From Nitrososphaerota archaeon (GTDB lineage: Archaea; Thermoproteota; Nitrososphaeria; Nitrososphaerales; UBA57), in contig JACAFS010000025.1 in the NCBI GenBank assembly GCA_013378385.1, forward strand, positions 1-14,993: 14,993 nt of DNA, written 5' to 3'. The notes beneath the pieces are model-generated. The model did not search any database. It worked only from the letters and a program-made list of their open reading frames with translations, and had not been told where the DNA came from. Shown in pieces: positions 14,056-14,993 of the stretch (position 1 is its first letter; each line of letters opens with the position of its first letter). The position numbers were made by a program, and so were the translations under genes.

Positions 14056-14993
14056 TTATATCATCCAGGTTAATATTCCCATTACTGTTGCAAGCACTGC
14101 AGATACTAGACTCAATACAAAAATCGTATTTACTATGGGTAATTCTTTTGAGGGATTTCCTGCTACTATTAATCTTACAAGAGTTATTGGCGCATTCTCA
14201 TTACTTTCTGCTTCAATAGTACCGTCTGATAACACTCTTGTTGGCCTCACTTTGATATTTTTATGTTCTACAAAGTCTTTCATACTTGTTAAATAGAAAA
14301 ATGAGTTCAATATTGCTGGTAATATTGCAAATACTCCAATTAGTTCTATTCCTCCCACAATGGCAATCGCTCCATACATTGCTCCTATTGCGAGTGTTCC
14401 TGAATCACCCGGAAATATTTTTGAGGGATATCTATGGAAAACAAAAAATGCCAAACAAACAGATATCAAAATTAATGTCACTAATACCATGTTGCTATCT
14501 CCTATCAATAAGAGCGTAATTAATAATGGAATAGAAGTAATTATTACAAATCCTGTTGATACACCATTTAATACATCTATTGTATTGATTGTATTTGCTG
14601 TGACTGGTATTGATATCAATACAAGTAATGGATATATTATTGATAATTGTACAGAACCAAAAAATAAGAAATCCAAACTTGGTTCATACGTTCCCAATAA
14701 AATTATTGGTACCGACGCTAATACTAAAATCAAAGGCTTTTTCCTTCCACCTAATGATCTAAAATCATCAACTAACCCAATTGCCGAGGAAATTACTACT
14801 ACTCCGAGTATTGCTAATATTCTTATATCGTTTGTTATTACAAATGCCAATACGAGTGACGATATAAGACCTATAATTAATGCAGGTCCACCGGGGTGCG
14901 CAACAAACTTCTTTCCTTCTTTATGATAATCTAGAACTACCCTTTTTGAATTAATTAATAAAGAAATCAATATTTTCGTAGCAAAATAAGTAA
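14056..14993 (-). CDS. Glycosyltransferase family 4 polyprenyl/dolichyl-phosphate N-acetylhexosamine-1-phosphate transferase (AglH/WecA/MraY-like), probably 5'-partial
   Basis: NTINTIDVLNGVSTG corresponds to the NxxNxxDGxDGL-type motif, and YPSKIFPGDSGTLAIGAMYG to the FxGDxGS-type motif. The protein has many TM segments. The frame stays open upstream of the track's TTG (14970) to the window end (...TYFATKI-LISLLINS), so the true start probably lies outside the window. Confidence 0.85.
   Translation of the reverse strand, partial: TYFATKILISLLINSKRVVLDYHKEGKKFVAHPGGPALIIGLISSLVLAFVITNDIRILAILGVVVISSAIGLVDDFRSLGGRKKPLILVLASVPIILLGTYEPSLDFLFFGSVQLSIIYPLLVLISIPVTANTINTIDVLNGVSTGFVIITSIPLLITLLLIGDSNMVLVTLILISVCLAFFVFHRYPSKIFPGDSGTLAIGAMYGAIAIVGGIELIGVFAILPAILNSFFYLTSMKDFVEHKNIKVRPTRVLSDGTIEAESNENAPITLVRLIVAGNPSKELPIVNTIFVLSLVSAVLATVMGILTWMI

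Noticed and set aside
14360-14926. 188-aa ORF on the plus strand, plus neighbouring 83-aa and 77-aa plus-strand ORFs at 14045-14519, which is notably long for an AT-rich genome
   Set aside because: It lies entirely antisense to the GT4 transferase gene, whose minus-strand translation carries clear family motifs (NTIDVLNGV, FPGDSGTLAIG). The plus-strand product is low-complexity (N/I/T/K-rich) with no motif. It is a typical shadow ORF opposite a hydrophobic-codon-rich gene.

Overview
AT-rich, almost gap-free archaeal chromosomal segment. Genes abut or overlap, and the largest non-coding gaps are about 110-120 nt. The lineage is an inference: archaeal-only genes (aIF5A, Nob1, DUF354, AglH-type GT4, presenilin homologue, archaeal MtaB), a tRNA with bulge-helix-bulge-type introns, and low GC together fit a TACK archaeon, plausibly a Nitrosopumilales-like thaumarchaeon. 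Left to right: (1) a bacterial-type Hsp70 operon grpE-dnaK-dnaJ with overlapping stop/start codons; grpE enters the window inside a perfect 18-bp coding tandem repeat. (2) Housekeeping genes: aIF5A (minus strand), NAD kinase and the Nob1 PIN/zinc-ribbon nuclease. (3) A tightly packed membrane trio: ZIP-like permease, a TM-anchored cupredoxin with a CoxII-type CuA ligand set, and a presenilin/SPP-type GxGD protease. (4) A PPOX-family flavin/F420 protein and an archaeal-type MtaB methylthiotransferase. (5) A tRNA-Gln(UUG) on the minus strand carrying two introns. (6) A glycan-precursor neighbourhood: DUF354, a degenerate nucleotide-sugar-dehydrogenase-like protein, a Gfo/Idh/MocA oxidoreductase, a Trm112-like mini-protein, a hexapeptide acetyltransferase, a Bcp peroxiredoxin, an 80-aa membrane protein and a GT4 phosphosugar transferase. 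I see no mobile elements, CRISPR array, toxin-antitoxin pair or recognisable defence system. The most unusual items are the doubly interrupted tRNA, the ZIP/CuA-like cupredoxin/presenilin module, and the sugar cluster with an apparently inactivated dehydrogenase homologue and an embedded Trm112-like gene. All functional calls come from motif recognition by eye, with no searches run.
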